A stretch of DNA of 41,087 nt from a virus (Duplodnaviria; Heunggongvirae; Uroviricota; Caudoviricetes), in the IMG/VR virus record IMGVR_UViG_3300031949_000413, positions 1 to 41,087 of that record; one strand, written 5' to 3'. Below, in pieces: positions 27,150-35,646 of this stretch (within the stretch, counting starts at the first letter, position 1; every line of letters begins with the position of its first letter). The notes under the pieces are model-generated. The model was not told the DNA's origin. It was given only the letters and a program-made list of their open reading frames with translations, and ran no database searches. The position numbers were made by a program, and so were the translations under genes.

Positions 27150-27177
27150 TATTGCGCTATACAGCGCAGTGAAGACC

Positions 27178-27339
27178 ATGCGGCTTGTCAGAATTGGGCT
27201 GTGGCTGCACTACACCTACAATATCTACCGATACGAAAATGACCAGTCGGTTAGACTTGCCGAGAATGTCGTATATGACCATGTGACTGAAGTTATTGAA
27301 AAATTGAAAGAGTCCGAAAAAGACAATCAATATGATTAG
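27178..27339 (+). CDS. 53-aa hypothetical protein, paralog of the previous ORF (not in the track)
   Basis: YNIYRYEND...[12 protein letters not shown]; stop overlaps the recA start. Confidence 0.6.
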   Translation: MRLVRIGLWLHYTYNIYRYENDQSVRLAENVVYDHVTEVIEKLKESEKDNQYD

Positions 27340-28357
27340 CATCAAGGATGCCGAAGGGCGTATCACCAAGAAGTTCGGGGAAGGAACGCTTATGCGACTA
27401 GGCGACAACAACATTATCCCCGTTGATGTCATCCCATCAGGCTCACTGGCATTGGATCGAGCACTAGGCGTTGGCGGTATTCCACGTGGGCGCATTACAG
27501 AAATATTTGGGCCTGAATCGTCGGGCAAGACAACTGTGTGCCAACATATTGTTGCCAATGCTCAATGGATGGGACTATCAGCCTACTACATTGATATGGA
27601 ACATGCCCTAGACCTCAAATATGCCGCCGCCTGCGGTGTGAATGTGTCCGATCTGGTAGTATCACAACCAGATAATGGCGAACAGGCGTTAGAGATAGTT
27701 GACACCATGCTTCTCGCAAAAGGCATCGGTGTCATCATCATTGACTCAGTAGCCGCCCTAGTACCTCGCGCTGAGATCGAAGGCGAGATGGGCGACTCCC
27801 ACATGGGCCTACAAGCCCGCTTGATGTCACAAGCCATGCGCAAGATGGCCGTCAAGGTACAACCCAGTAATGCTGCTGTGGTATTCACCAACCAGCTTCG
27901 CATGAAAATTGGAGTAGTGTTTGGAAACCCAGAAGTAACGACTGGCGGTAATGCCCTAAAGTTCTATGCCGCTGTCAGACTGGATATTAGACGTTCGCAG
28001 GCCGTCAAAGATGGTGATGAGCAAACTGGCAATTCCACCAAAGTGCGTGTAGTCAAGAACAAAGTCGCCAACCCATCTGGTGAGGCCAAGTTTGACATCA
28101 TGTTCGGTAAGGGCATTAGCCGACTTGGAGAACTGGTGGATTTAGGTTCAGAACTTGGTGTCATCACCAAAAAAGGCGCATTCTACTCGTATGGAGATAC
28201 CCGTATCGGACAAGGCCGCGATAATGCCCGTTCATTCTTGGAATCTAACCCTGAAATGGCATTAAAGGTAGAACATGCCATTCGAGAGTCATTCAGGACA
28301 AGCACCCTGCCGGTAGTCGAAACACCAACAAAGCCAGAAGAAGAACCAGAACTGTAA
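27332..28357 (+). CDS. recA: Recombinase RecA
   Basis: [10 protein letters not shown]-loop, [31 protein letters not shown]. Confidence 0.98.
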   Translation: MISIKDAEGRITKKFGEGTLMRLGDNNIIPVDVIPSGSLALDRALGVGGIPRGRITEIFGPESSGKTTVCQHIVANAQWMGLSAYYIDMEHALDLKYAAACGVNVSDLVVSQPDNGEQALEIVDTMLLAKGIGVIIIDSVAALVPRAEIEGEMGDSHMGLQARLMSQAMRKMAVKVQPSNAAVVFTNQLRMKIGVVFGNPEVTTGGNALKFYAAVRLDIRRSQAVKDGDEQTGNSTKVRVVKNKVANPSGEAKFDIMFGKGISRLGELVDLGSELGVITKKGAFYSYGDTRIGQGRDNARSFLESNPEMALKVEHAIRESFRTSTLPVVETPTKPEEEPEL

Positions 28358-28369
28358 TCGAGGTGTAGC

Positions 28370-28600
28370 ATGAGTAAAGAACACGATGACAACGAAGATG
28401 GTAGGCCACACTTCCCGTATCCTCCAATGGGCTACCCGCCTATGATGCGTAGTCCATCAAGCAAACCCAAGCCGTCAAGCGGTGGTGGGCCACTAACACA
28501 GCTTGTCTTAGTTATCTTCGTCGCTGCTGGGTTCATGTCTGGTAAGATAGAAGGCTATATTGCTGCCGCTGTCTTTATAATCATTCTGTCAAGGATGTAG
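28370..28600 (+). CDS. Small membrane protein
   Basis: Pro-rich N-terminus and two hydrophobic C-terminal segments. Confidence 0.6.
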   Translation: MSKEHDDNEDGRPHFPYPPMGYPPMMRSPSSKPKPSSGGGPLTQLVLVIFVAAGFMSGKIEGYIAAAVFIIILSRM

Positions 28601-28608
28601 AACACTAC

Positions 28609-28636
28609 TTGATCATAACGAGTCCACGCGCATACT
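28609..28636 (+). promoter_or_regulatory. Promoter/operator motif copy
   Basis: TTGATC-N16-CATACT; the box is identical to that at 14476-14491; ATG lies 6 nt downstream. Confidence 0.65.
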
Positions 28637-28642
28637 AATACT

Positions 28643-29125
28643 ATGAAATACATAATCGCATCATTCATGCTGGCAATTTCCATATCCATTTCTATATCTG
28701 TTGCAACAGTAGCACTGCGACCTCCAAAGCCATTAAAGGCCATGACATTGCCTGAATGGTATACACCCGCATGTGGCGAGTCCATGCAACGCATCATGTG
28801 GAATGAACTTCGTGGCTCTACCGATACTGAGGCATTCGACTTCTTGGCTACTCAGCTAATACACGAGGCCGATAAGAATGGTAAATGTGTGTTCTGGCCG
28901 CGCTGGACTAAACAGTACCGTGGCAAACTGCCTGATATAACGCAATTCGCGCTGGCATCCGTGCTGTTCGACTATCCCAAACTCAGATGGCCGATGTGCC
29001 AGTTTGTCGGCTCGTTTGGCGACGTGCAGATATGGCTAAACCTACATTGGGTTAAACGAGAACTCAATTCATACGGGTTCTTCAACGATGTCTATGGCAA
29101 TATCTTTGGGGTGAACTGCCAATGA
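28643..29125 (+). CDS. Exported/membrane-anchored hypothetical protein
   Basis: Signal-like N-terminus MKYIIASFMLAISISISVA. Confidence 0.65.
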   Translation: MKYIIASFMLAISISISISVATVALRPPKPLKAMTLPEWYTPACGESMQRIMWNELRGSTDTEAFDFLATQLIHEADKNGKCVFWPRWTKQYRGKLPDITQFALASVLFDYPKLRWPMCQFVGSFGDVQIWLNLHWVKRELNSYGFFNDVYGNIFGVNCQ

Positions 29126-29279
29126 TCACCATCGTTGATGCCAACACCGGTGAGGTTTTTGAGGTTGAATATCCGACAAATGTGTGGCAGGATGCCCACC
29201 TACACCCAAAGTCACCACCAACGCATCCGCAGGAAAATGACACCGTAGAATCAATCTTGGATCGAACAGGATGGCCGGA

Positions 29280-29540
29280 ATGAACATTATCAGTAACTAC
29301 CATCAGAAGGTGGATGTTACCGATAGCCACATTGAGGCTGACTACCGCAAGGCACTTGATAGGCTGCTGGCAGGCGACTATGTGTCCATGAGAGCATTCC
29401 AGGCCAAATACTATGCCAATCCAGTTGCCATGAGTATGGCATCAGATGCCTATGATCAGAAGGCCGAACACGACCAACGAGTATCATTTGAAAATTACAA
29501 GCGCGATCATGGTGGATACCCACCCGGCGAAGGAGCCTGA
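29280..29540 (+). CDS. Hypothetical protein
   Basis: Coupled ORF following a 53-aa ORF at 29122-29283. Confidence 0.55.
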   Translation: MNIISNYHQKVDVTDSHIEADYRKALDRLLAGDYVSMRAFQAKYYANPVAMSMASDAYDQKAEHDQRVSFENYKRDHGGYPPGEGA

Positions 29541-29541
29541 A

Positions 29542-29811
29542 ATGATCTCAGAACAAGACTGGTGTCAGTATGGAACCGGTAGCGAAAATCCATACATCAA
29601 TCCAGATGTGGCTACAGACTATGACAACTTGACGAAAGGGTTTCCGTATGTATGCTACTGTGGACAGCGAACTCACCCGTGCGCTGGCTACACCATATTT
29701 TACTGTGGTGCGTGTCACAAATTATATACATTCCCCACAGCCACGCTCAATAACATTGAGCAGACTATGAAATGTCATAAGTGTACGAAAGTTATTAGCG
29801 TGAAGCCATGA
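29542..29811 (+). CDS. Cys-rich Zn-binding hypothetical protein
   Basis: AAGGAG RBS; CYCG, CGAC, CHKC. Confidence 0.6.
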   Translation: MISEQDWCQYGTGSENPYINPDVATDYDNLTKGFPYVCYCGQRTHPCAGYTIFYCGACHKLYTFPTATLNNIEQTMKCHKCTKVISVKP

Positions 29812-30038
29812 GAGACACAGGCGACCTAAAGGTATGGTTCAGAGAGGACATTCTGCGCATCCTACAGGGTATTGAGGCTGCTTCGTCCAGTGGCCTTACC
29901 GACGACCAGTTCCGAGAAGGGTTTACAATGGCGCTGGTTAGTGTTGGACTGTCGGTGGGCCTTGACCCGAAAGCATATCTGACGCACCGCAATATTGAGC
30001 TAATGCGTCGTCGCATCGAACAATTGCCGGGAGACTGA
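29808..30038 (+). CDS. Hypothetical protein
   Basis: LKVWFREDI..IL.G...FREGF..AL.SV...VG; resembles small proteins I recall from Chloroflexota (unverified). Confidence 0.6.
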   Translation: MRDTGDLKVWFREDILRILQGIEAASSSGLTDDQFREGFTMALVSVGLSVGLDPKAYLTHRNIELMRRRIEQLPGD

Positions 30039-30236
30039 ATGGTACAAACTATCATCACCAACGAACATCCAGTTTACGAAGATGGTCGCCAGCGCATTAT
30101 CTGTGACGTATATCAGGTCTATGATGGTATCCCGCCTAAACAGGTTCCAGTCGAAGGCTGTGCTGGCATCTATCTGGAAGACGCCGAGAAGTTCATCAAG
30201 GCCATGATCAAGGCCCAACTGTCAGGAATTCCCTAA
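30039..30236 (+). CDS. Hypothetical protein
   Basis: 65-aa abutting ORF. Confidence 0.55.
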   Translation: MVQTIITNEHPVYEDGRQRIICDVYQVYDGIPPKQVPVEGCAGIYLEDAEKFIKAMIKAQLSGIP

Positions 30237-30247
30237 AGGAGAATTGA

Positions 30248-30517
30248 ATGTCACCTACCAAGTCCAAAACACCTGCACCCGTTGTACCAGCGCCAAAAGA
30301 AGAAGCACCTAAAGAGAAACCCCGCGACCGCTGGGGCGCGTCCGAAGTATCATGGACTCTCGCCCGCGAAGATAAGCCAGTTGGTGTCCTTATGCGCGAC
30401 AGTGGCGCTATCATTAAGGGCCACCTCGTCGGCGTAGACCGCTATGCTATCTTCGTGGAAACCGAAGATTACGTGGTACACATGATCTTCAAGCACGCTA
30501 TCGGAGAGATGTGGTAA
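30248..30517 (+). CDS. hfq: Hfq-like (Sm-fold) RNA chaperone
   Basis: KPVGVLMRDSGAIIKGHLVGVDRYAIFV...HMIFKHAI aligns by eye to E. coli Hfq [27 protein letters not shown]...QMVYKHAI. Confidence 0.8.
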   Translation: MSPTKSKTPAPVVPAPKEEAPKEKPRDRWGASEVSWTLAREDKPVGVLMRDSGAIIKGHLVGVDRYAIFVETEDYVVHMIFKHAIGEMW

Positions 30518-30525
30518 ACTGAAGC

Positions 30526-30554
30526 TTGACACCCGTTCGCACTAGCTGTATCAT
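30526..30554 (+). promoter_or_regulatory. sigma70-type promoter
   Basis: TTGACA-N17-TATCAT. Confidence 0.7.
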
Positions 30555-30570
30555 AATAGAAAATATGGCT

Positions 30571-30673
30571 GTGCGGGCGGCCTAAAAGCGAGCATAGACG
30601 ACACCCACCTCTGGGTGTCAGGAAACAGGTATATGTTCGCACCTGCCCGCACCTGACATTCAGAGGTGGGTGT
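30571..30673 (+). ncRNA. Structured leader RNA (22-bp stem plus pseudoknot-compatible pairing)
   Basis: 30601-30622 pairs with 30652-30673 (two G-U pairs); 30571-30580 pairs with loop segment 30643-30652. Confidence 0.55.
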
Positions 30674-30703
30674 TGTTTATTTATACTAACCCGCGAGGAT
30701 AAT

Positions 30704-31048
30704 ATGAATCTTAGTATCAAGTATGGCGAGCTATTACCGCCATTAACAACTGATGAATTTGAATCCCTGAAGACCAGCATTAAAAAAGAGGGTGTCCGCG
30801 ATCCAATCATCATTGATGAAAATGGAGTTATCCTAGACGGTCATCATCGCTATAAGATAGACACGAACGCCCCAACAATAGTAATATCAGGGCTGACCGA
30901 TCTTGAAAAGAAAGCCTTCGTCTTCAACTCCAATCTGACTCGGCGCAACCTTAGCCCATTCGCAATAAACAATAAATCATGCACAGAACAAGAGTTCAAG
31001 CAGTGGGCAGAGTTCAAGATGCCCATCAAGTCTTTATACGATGAATAG
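30704..31048 (+). CDS. ParB/Srx-like N-terminal domain protein, probably truncated
   Basis: LPPL..DEFE.LK.SI..EGV.DPI.ID....ILDGHHR...N..RRNL, followed by a short unrelated tail. Confidence 0.75.
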   Translation: MNLSIKYGELLPPLTTDEFESLKTSIKKEGVRDPIIIDENGVILDGHHRYKIDTNAPTIVISGLTDLEKKAFVFNSNLTRRNLSPFAINNKSCTEQEFKQWAEFKMPIKSLYDE

Positions 31049-31592
31049 CAACACCAAGTCTTAATTGTAAGTCTTAGACCGCACAACCAAATAGCCCATG
31101 AACACCCACGCCACAGGTGGATGACTGTGGAGGCTGGCCGGGAGGCCAGTGTTGTCTCTGTTTCACTTCGGCGCATACCGTCGCAGCCAAGGTCAAGCAA
31201 GACATTCGGAAAACCCCGCGTAAATCAAAGCTGCACCCGACGAGTTCTGCCTTCAGTGGCAGTGAATTCAAAATGTCAAGCCCCGTGCAAGGGTGGTCTA
31301 CGTCTGTTTGTTGAATATATCACACAGCAGTCTATTCCAGTATCGGTATTCATAATAATGGTACTCGCGCCAACAGTCTTATCGTTGGCGCGGTTGCGGG
31401 TAGCGCGACGAATGACAGCCCTACAGCACGTAGCAACGAATGCTGTAGCAGAATTCATCGTAGCCTACGATAAAGATGGTGAGCTGAGGGTAGTTTCCTA
31501 AATGGGTAAGGCCGAGACGAATTGCTCGACAGTGCTTAAGGTAGGACAAACGTCCCATAGACACCTATCGGGACATGCGATAAGATAGACAC

Positions 31593-31808
31593 ATGGACAC
31601 TAGAGACATTCGACAATTAGAGCGGATACTTCAGACAGAATTTCCAACGAGTTGCATTCATGTTCGTCCTAATGTTAGAACGGACTTTGTAATTTCAGTG
31701 AGTTCTGGTGAGCCAGAAGAAGTTGTAAAATATATGGCTGAACAAATATTGAGCGACATGGGCTATTCTGAACACTACTGGTCTCAAACTCACTATGGTG
31801 GTGAATGA
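31593..31808 (+). CDS. Hypothetical protein
   Basis: 71-aa ORF. Confidence 0.55.
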   Translation: MDTRDIRQLERILQTEFPTSCIHVRPNVRTDFVISVSSGEPEEVVKYMAEQILSDMGYSEHYWSQTHYGGE

Positions 31809-32062
31809 TGGATACCACAACGAACAAATACTACTTAGAGTTGACGCGCTACGAGGATGAGGCTATTAGACTCTCTACTGCCGGTATGCTTGTTAATGAG
31901 GAACAAGTTATCAGACTCGTAAGAAGCTACCTGCACTTTAATGGCTGGGAACTCTCCAAGATCAAGCGCCTGAGAGAGCTAGCCTTGATGCTCATTCAGG
32001 AGGATGCCAAGACCAAGAAACGGTATGTCGGACACTTGGCAATGGATGAAATAGATGGCTAA
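31805..32062 (+). CDS. Hypothetical protein
   Basis: ATGA overlap. Confidence 0.55.
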   Translation: MMDTTTNKYYLELTRYEDEAIRLSTAGMLVNEEQVIRLVRSYLHFNGWELSKIKRLRELALMLIQEDAKTKKRYVGHLAMDEIDG

Positions 32063-32095
32063 CATCGATCATATCGGTTTGGATCATCATAGACC

Positions 32096-32431
32096 ATGAC
32101 ACGTAACGCCACGAAGGTCAACTGTAGCAAATGTGGCATTGAATTCTACTCTATTGGTACAAATACCTGCCCTAATTGTAGGCGGCTATTTTTGAACGAA
32201 AGGTCATCAGCGAGGTTTAACAGAACAGGTGGCAAGACCTACGACCAAGAAGAACACATTGACCGGGACACACTAAGCCCATTACGGGTAGTGAGAATAG
32301 AGCGCCGATATGGAGTGTGTGACAATGGACATGGCGGGCGTCAAGACCTGATACGCACGCAGGCGACAAGTAACAAATTTCTGTGTGTGTGGTGCAGAGC
32401 GTATGAAGTAACTGACAATATGGAACACTAA
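32096..32431 (+). CDS. Zn-ribbon hypothetical protein
   Basis: CSKC, CPNC, CVWC. Confidence 0.6.
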   Translation: MTRNATKVNCSKCGIEFYSIGTNTCPNCRRLFLNERSSARFNRTGGKTYDQEEHIDRDTLSPLRVVRIERRYGVCDNGHGGRQDLIRTQATSNKFLCVWCRAYEVTDNMEH

Positions 32432-32697
32432 TGGTAATTACCAAAACTCGCACGAAAACCTACACTGTAACAAGTGTTGTGATTGGGTTCGTCCACAAAG
32501 AAGTATGGCTAGTTCGCAGAGAACATGGCCCGTTTGTTTGCTTTCAATGCAGTCGAAAATTTGCTGACATTGACAACGACAAATGGGTGGGATTGGCATT
32601 TACTGATAAAGGCAATAAGCCAGTATGTACGCAATGCGCGCTGAAAATGGTCGAACAAGGTGTTACAGTAAACGACCGCAGAAGCATTGAACGCTAA
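32431..32697 (+). CDS. Zn-finger hypothetical protein
   Basis: CFQC...CTQC. Confidence 0.6.
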   Translation: MVITKTRTKTYTVTSVVIGFVHKEVWLVRREHGPFVCFQCSRKFADIDNDKWVGLAFTDKGNKPVCTQCALKMVEQGVTVNDRRSIER

Positions 32698-32701
32698 ACT
32701 C

Positions 32702-32729
32702 GCTACATAACGGAGTCCACACATGGACT
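32702..32729 (+). promoter_or_regulatory. Operator motif copy with perfect arms
   Basis: AGTCC-ACACAT-GGACT (32714-32729), upstream of an AAGGAG RBS. Confidence 0.55.
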
Positions 32730-32745
32730 TGGAATAAGGAGCGAC

Positions 32746-33057
32746 ATGCTATTAAAGGATCGAGTGTGGAAGAGCTGCCCAACCTGTGGGAGTAACCGAG
32801 AGCTCGTATCGGAAGAAGTGTTTGGGTGCGATCAGTGCCATAAAAAGACGAGCGATGAAGTGTTACAAGTTAATGTATTTTTTAAGAATGATGTTACTGA
32901 CAATTATCACTTCTGCTCGTGGGCATGTGTACTCAAGAAACTAAAACGTCTCAAGTCAGACTACTTCATTGACTTGCCATTATTACACTTTGATGGAGCG
33001 CCCAAAGGCCAGCGGCCAGTAGACTTCTGGAAGGCCATTAAGGAATTCGGAAAGTAA
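32746..33057 (+). CDS. Cys-rich hypothetical protein
   Basis: CPTC, CDQC, HFCSWAC. Confidence 0.6.
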   Translation: MLLKDRVWKSCPTCGSNRELVSEEVFGCDQCHKKTSDEVLQVNVFFKNDVTDNYHFCSWACVLKKLKRLKSDYFIDLPLLHFDGAPKGQRPVDFWKAIKEFGK

Positions 33058-33072
33058 GAAAGGACAACACAC

Positions 33073-33443
33073 ATGGACATTCAAGAACTCATCGAACAAT
33101 ACACCGACTACAAGACCCAATATGCGCTAGAACAGGCGGAATATGAGAAACAGCGGAAACAATTATGGATAAAGTTCGTGCTGAACTGGATACACTCGGT
33201 GTGGAATTCAACCCACGTCTGACATTCGCCAGTGACAATGTAAAGTCGCTCGAAGACAACATCAAGACACAAGTGCTAGAACTGGGCCAGTCTGTTAAGG
33301 GTCGTCGCTGGCAGTTTGTATACTCCAAGCCACGTGTAACCTGGGATGTGAAGAAACTAGACGGCATGATGATCATCGTACCAGAACTGGCGCAGGCCCG
33401 TAAAGAAGGCGAAGCTAGCGTATCGGTTCGGGAAGTCAAATAA
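33073..33443 (+). pseudogene. Frameshifted helical phage protein (two frames joined near 33155-33165)
   Basis: The RBS-preceded ATG at 33073 (MDIQELIEQY...EKQRK) is one base out of frame with 33165-33443 (MDKVRAEL...). Confidence 0.5.
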
Positions 33444-33462
33444 ACCAACAGAGGAGCAATAA

Positions 33463-33834
33463 ATGTCAGCAGCAGTTCTCAACCTATCGGGGTATCTCTC
33501 AAAAGACATCGACGTGCAGTATCTACCTTCTGGCAAGCCAGTTGCCAAGTCATCCATTGCAGTAAACAAAGGCAAGGACGACAAGAAGACAGTGACTTGG
33601 TACAACATTGTCATCTTTGGCATACGTGCCGAGAACCATGCCTTCCTAGCCTTATTGAAGAAAGGTACGGGTGTATTCGTATCGGGTGAACTGGACATTC
33701 GGCAATTTACCCGTCAGGATGGGACACAAGGCACGTCCAACGATGTCACTGTTAGCACATTGGACATTGTGAAGTTCATCGACCAGTCTCAGGGCGGCGC
33801 TCAGGAAGAGCCAACGGAAGAGAACCCGTTTTAG
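33463..33834 (+). CDS. ssb: Single-stranded DNA-binding protein
   Basis: OB-fold pattern L.G.L..D..V.Y..SGKPVA...AVN, WYNIV.FG, LKKG..VFV.GEL..R.F; acidic C-tail EENPF. Confidence 0.92.
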   Translation: MSAAVLNLSGYLSKDIDVQYLPSGKPVAKSSIAVNKGKDDKKTVTWYNIVIFGIRAENHAFLALLKKGTGVFVSGELDIRQFTRQDGTQGTSNDVTVSTLDIVKFIDQSQGGAQEEPTEENPF

Positions 33835-33836
33835 AC

Positions 33837-34067
33837 ATGAAATATAGCACACTGAACACTTGGACGTGTGATGCCACGATTGAGGTTGGAAGCCAGACAT
33901 TAAGGTGCAGATACCCATTCGGACACGTTGGAGACCATTCGGCAGAACTGTTCTGGCCTGATGGTGTAACTACATTCAATTTAGACCCTGATATGGTATT
34001 TGAACTGAAGCCACTCAGCACTACTACCATTATGGCTAATATAACAGTAGAGAAGGGTAAACCATAA
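33837..34067 (+). CDS. Hypothetical protein
   Basis: 76-aa ORF; C...GH.GDH. Confidence 0.55.
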   Translation: MKYSTLNTWTCDATIEVGSQTLRCRYPFGHVGDHSAELFWPDGVTTFNLDPDMVFELKPLSTTTIMANITVEKGKP

Positions 34068-34100
34068 CTTCGCGGGATGTTGGCCGAAAACGAGAGCGCA

Positions 34101-34598
34101 CTATTTAGGTGCGCTCTTGGTGTTGATATAGGCCAAGCCTAGTCCGATAGCGTCAGCGGTGTGTTCTGATACAGGCTCTCCCACCATCCTGGTGGCCGCT
34201 GCTACCATTGCTGGTTTACGGACTTCAGTCTTAGTCTTAATATCTGTAATGCCTGTTAAAGCAACCATTGCCTTATAGGGAGTCATCTCTACTACATCTG
34301 CTTCCCACATTCTGGCCGCCGCCCAGATATGAGACTGTGTGCGTGCTAGTGTCTGATAAGTATGCACTTGGGGTTTTCCCTTGAAGAACTTCATGTAAAT
34401 GGATTCGACCACGACAGTTACATGGCACTCATCCTGTCGTTGTAGAAGTCCTATAGTGACTCCTACCCACTGGCGTAGGTTGTCATAGTCGGGCGGGTCG
34501 GGGTCTATCTCGCCATGCGACTCTAACTTGCCATCAATGAAGATCGCCCTGCCCACGTGTAGGGGCGATTGATCGAATGCGATGACAGCCTCTTTCAT
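34101..34598 (-). CDS. RuvC-like Holliday junction resolvase
   Basis: VIAFDQS, VVVESIY, HTADAIG acidic RNase H-like pattern. Confidence 0.75.
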   Translation of the reverse strand: MKEAVIAFDQSPLHVGRAIFIDGKLESHGEIDPDPPDYDNLRQWVGVTIGLLQRQDECHVTVVVESIYMKFFKGKPQVHTYQTLARTQSHIWAAARMWEADVVEMTPYKAMVALTGITDIKTKTEVRKPAMVAAATRMVGEPVSEHTADAIGLGLAYINTKSAPK

Positions 34599-34612
34599 TT
34601 CGGCATCCTTTC

Positions 34613-34834
34613 CTAGAACCCAAAAGTAGACATCAAGCGATAGTCAGACTCATGCGACTCCACCAGCTCGGACGTGCTAGTCGCATATACTGTATCTACA
34701 ACCCATTGAGCATAGACGATGCCATTTGATTTGATATGAACTAATTTATCGACATGTGCGAACTGGCTCGGTATCCACGCTATGTGGTAGGCATTGTCAT
34801 GTCGCAACAGGCATTGTGTGTAGGTGTGTTTCAT
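34613..34834 (-). CDS. Phage hypothetical protein
   Basis: Lies directly downstream of the motif promoter at 34843-34870. Confidence 0.65.
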   Translation of the reverse strand: MKHTYTQCLLRHDNAYHIAWIPSQFAHVDKLVHIKSNGIVYAQWVVDTVYATSTSELVESHESDYRLMSTFGF

Positions 34835-34842
34835 GTCTTCTC

Positions 34843-34870
34843 AGTATCCGTGTGGACTGTTTATAGTCAA
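34843..34870 (-). promoter_or_regulatory. Promoter/operator motif copy
   Basis: TTGACT-N16-GATACT with box AGTCC-ACACGG-ATACT. Confidence 0.65.
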
Positions 34871-35020
34871 GTAAACTATACACCCTACAGGAACGGCGCG
34901 CAATGTGACTTTCGTACTATTGTCTTATAGGGCAGTTTAGTCGTATGATTGTGACATGAGTACAAAAATATGGACAGCCATCCGAATACCAATTAGAAAA
35001 ACGGATGAACTGAGGTAGCT

Positions 35021-35197
35021 ATGGACATCAACTGTGAAAACACCCGCTGTGTCAAGACCGTCGATATGCACGATGACGCGACCTACTGCCATACGTGCCA
35101 GAAGTATTACTGCGACAGATGTTACGAGTTATATCACGAGTATCATGACATCGACAGTCGGCAAGACCCGAGCTGGGTACTGGCAATGCAGAGGTAA
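35021..35197 (+). CDS. 58-aa Cys/His-rich protein (not in the track)
   Basis: GAGG RBS; CENTRC, CHTC...CDRC...H. Confidence 0.55.
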   Translation: MDINCENTRCVKTVDMHDDATYCHTCQKYYCDRCYELYHEYHDIDSRQDPSWVLAMQR

Positions 35198-35200
35198 ATA

Positions 35201-35368
35201 ATGGGCTGGGTATACTTTTCTATTGGGATCATTATGATAGTCATGAGCGTCATTGGCATTCTTTCGGGGACTAAGGAACACATGGAGAGCAACGTCACAA
35301 GTTTGGTGTTCGTGCTGTGCGGTATCGGTTTCATACTAGCATCTTTAGTTATTATTGACAGAGGATAG
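35201..35368 (+). CDS. 55-aa two-TM membrane protein (not in the track)
   Basis: MGWVYFSIGIIMIVMSVIGIL...LVFVLCGIGFILASLVII. Confidence 0.55.
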   Translation: MGWVYFSIGIIMIVMSVIGILSGTKEHMESNVTSLVFVLCGIGFILASLVIIDRG

Positions 35369-35370
35369 AC

Positions 35371-35646
35371 ATGAACCTACACGACTTGTCCCGTGAAGAC
35401 TTGGAGTTTGTAGCAGGCTGGTTGCTGGCTGGCAATAGCCTATACAAGAAAGGCTCTATCGGTGCTACTAATGCCTATATCGAGTGGCCCGACGATCACT
35501 GGGAATGGATAGCAGTAGACCATGTTTTTGAGACAGCAGAGTATCATACCAGTGCCATCGGCGCTATATTACTTCTAAAGGGCATTCATTATGACTACGA
35601 CAAGATTATGCGTGGACTAGATGAAGTGGAGGCTGGACATGGGTAG
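35371..35646 (+). CDS. Hypothetical protein
   Basis: GAGGA RBS. Confidence 0.55.
   Translation: MNLHDLSREDLEFVAGWLLAGNSLYKKGSIGATNAYIEWPDDHWEWIAVDHVFETAEYHTSAIGAILLLKGIHYDYDKIMRGLDEVEAGHG

Noticed and set aside
31075-31300. tmRNA, RNase P RNA, group I/II intron or HEARO RNA
   Set aside because: Scattered short similarities (ACCAAATAG, GGAAAACCCC, CTACGT) are not in the required order, and there are no tRNA-like ends or tag peptide.
33150-33165. Programmed -1 ribosomal frameshift
   Set aside because: There is no in-frame X XXY YYZ heptamer and no obvious downstream stimulator.
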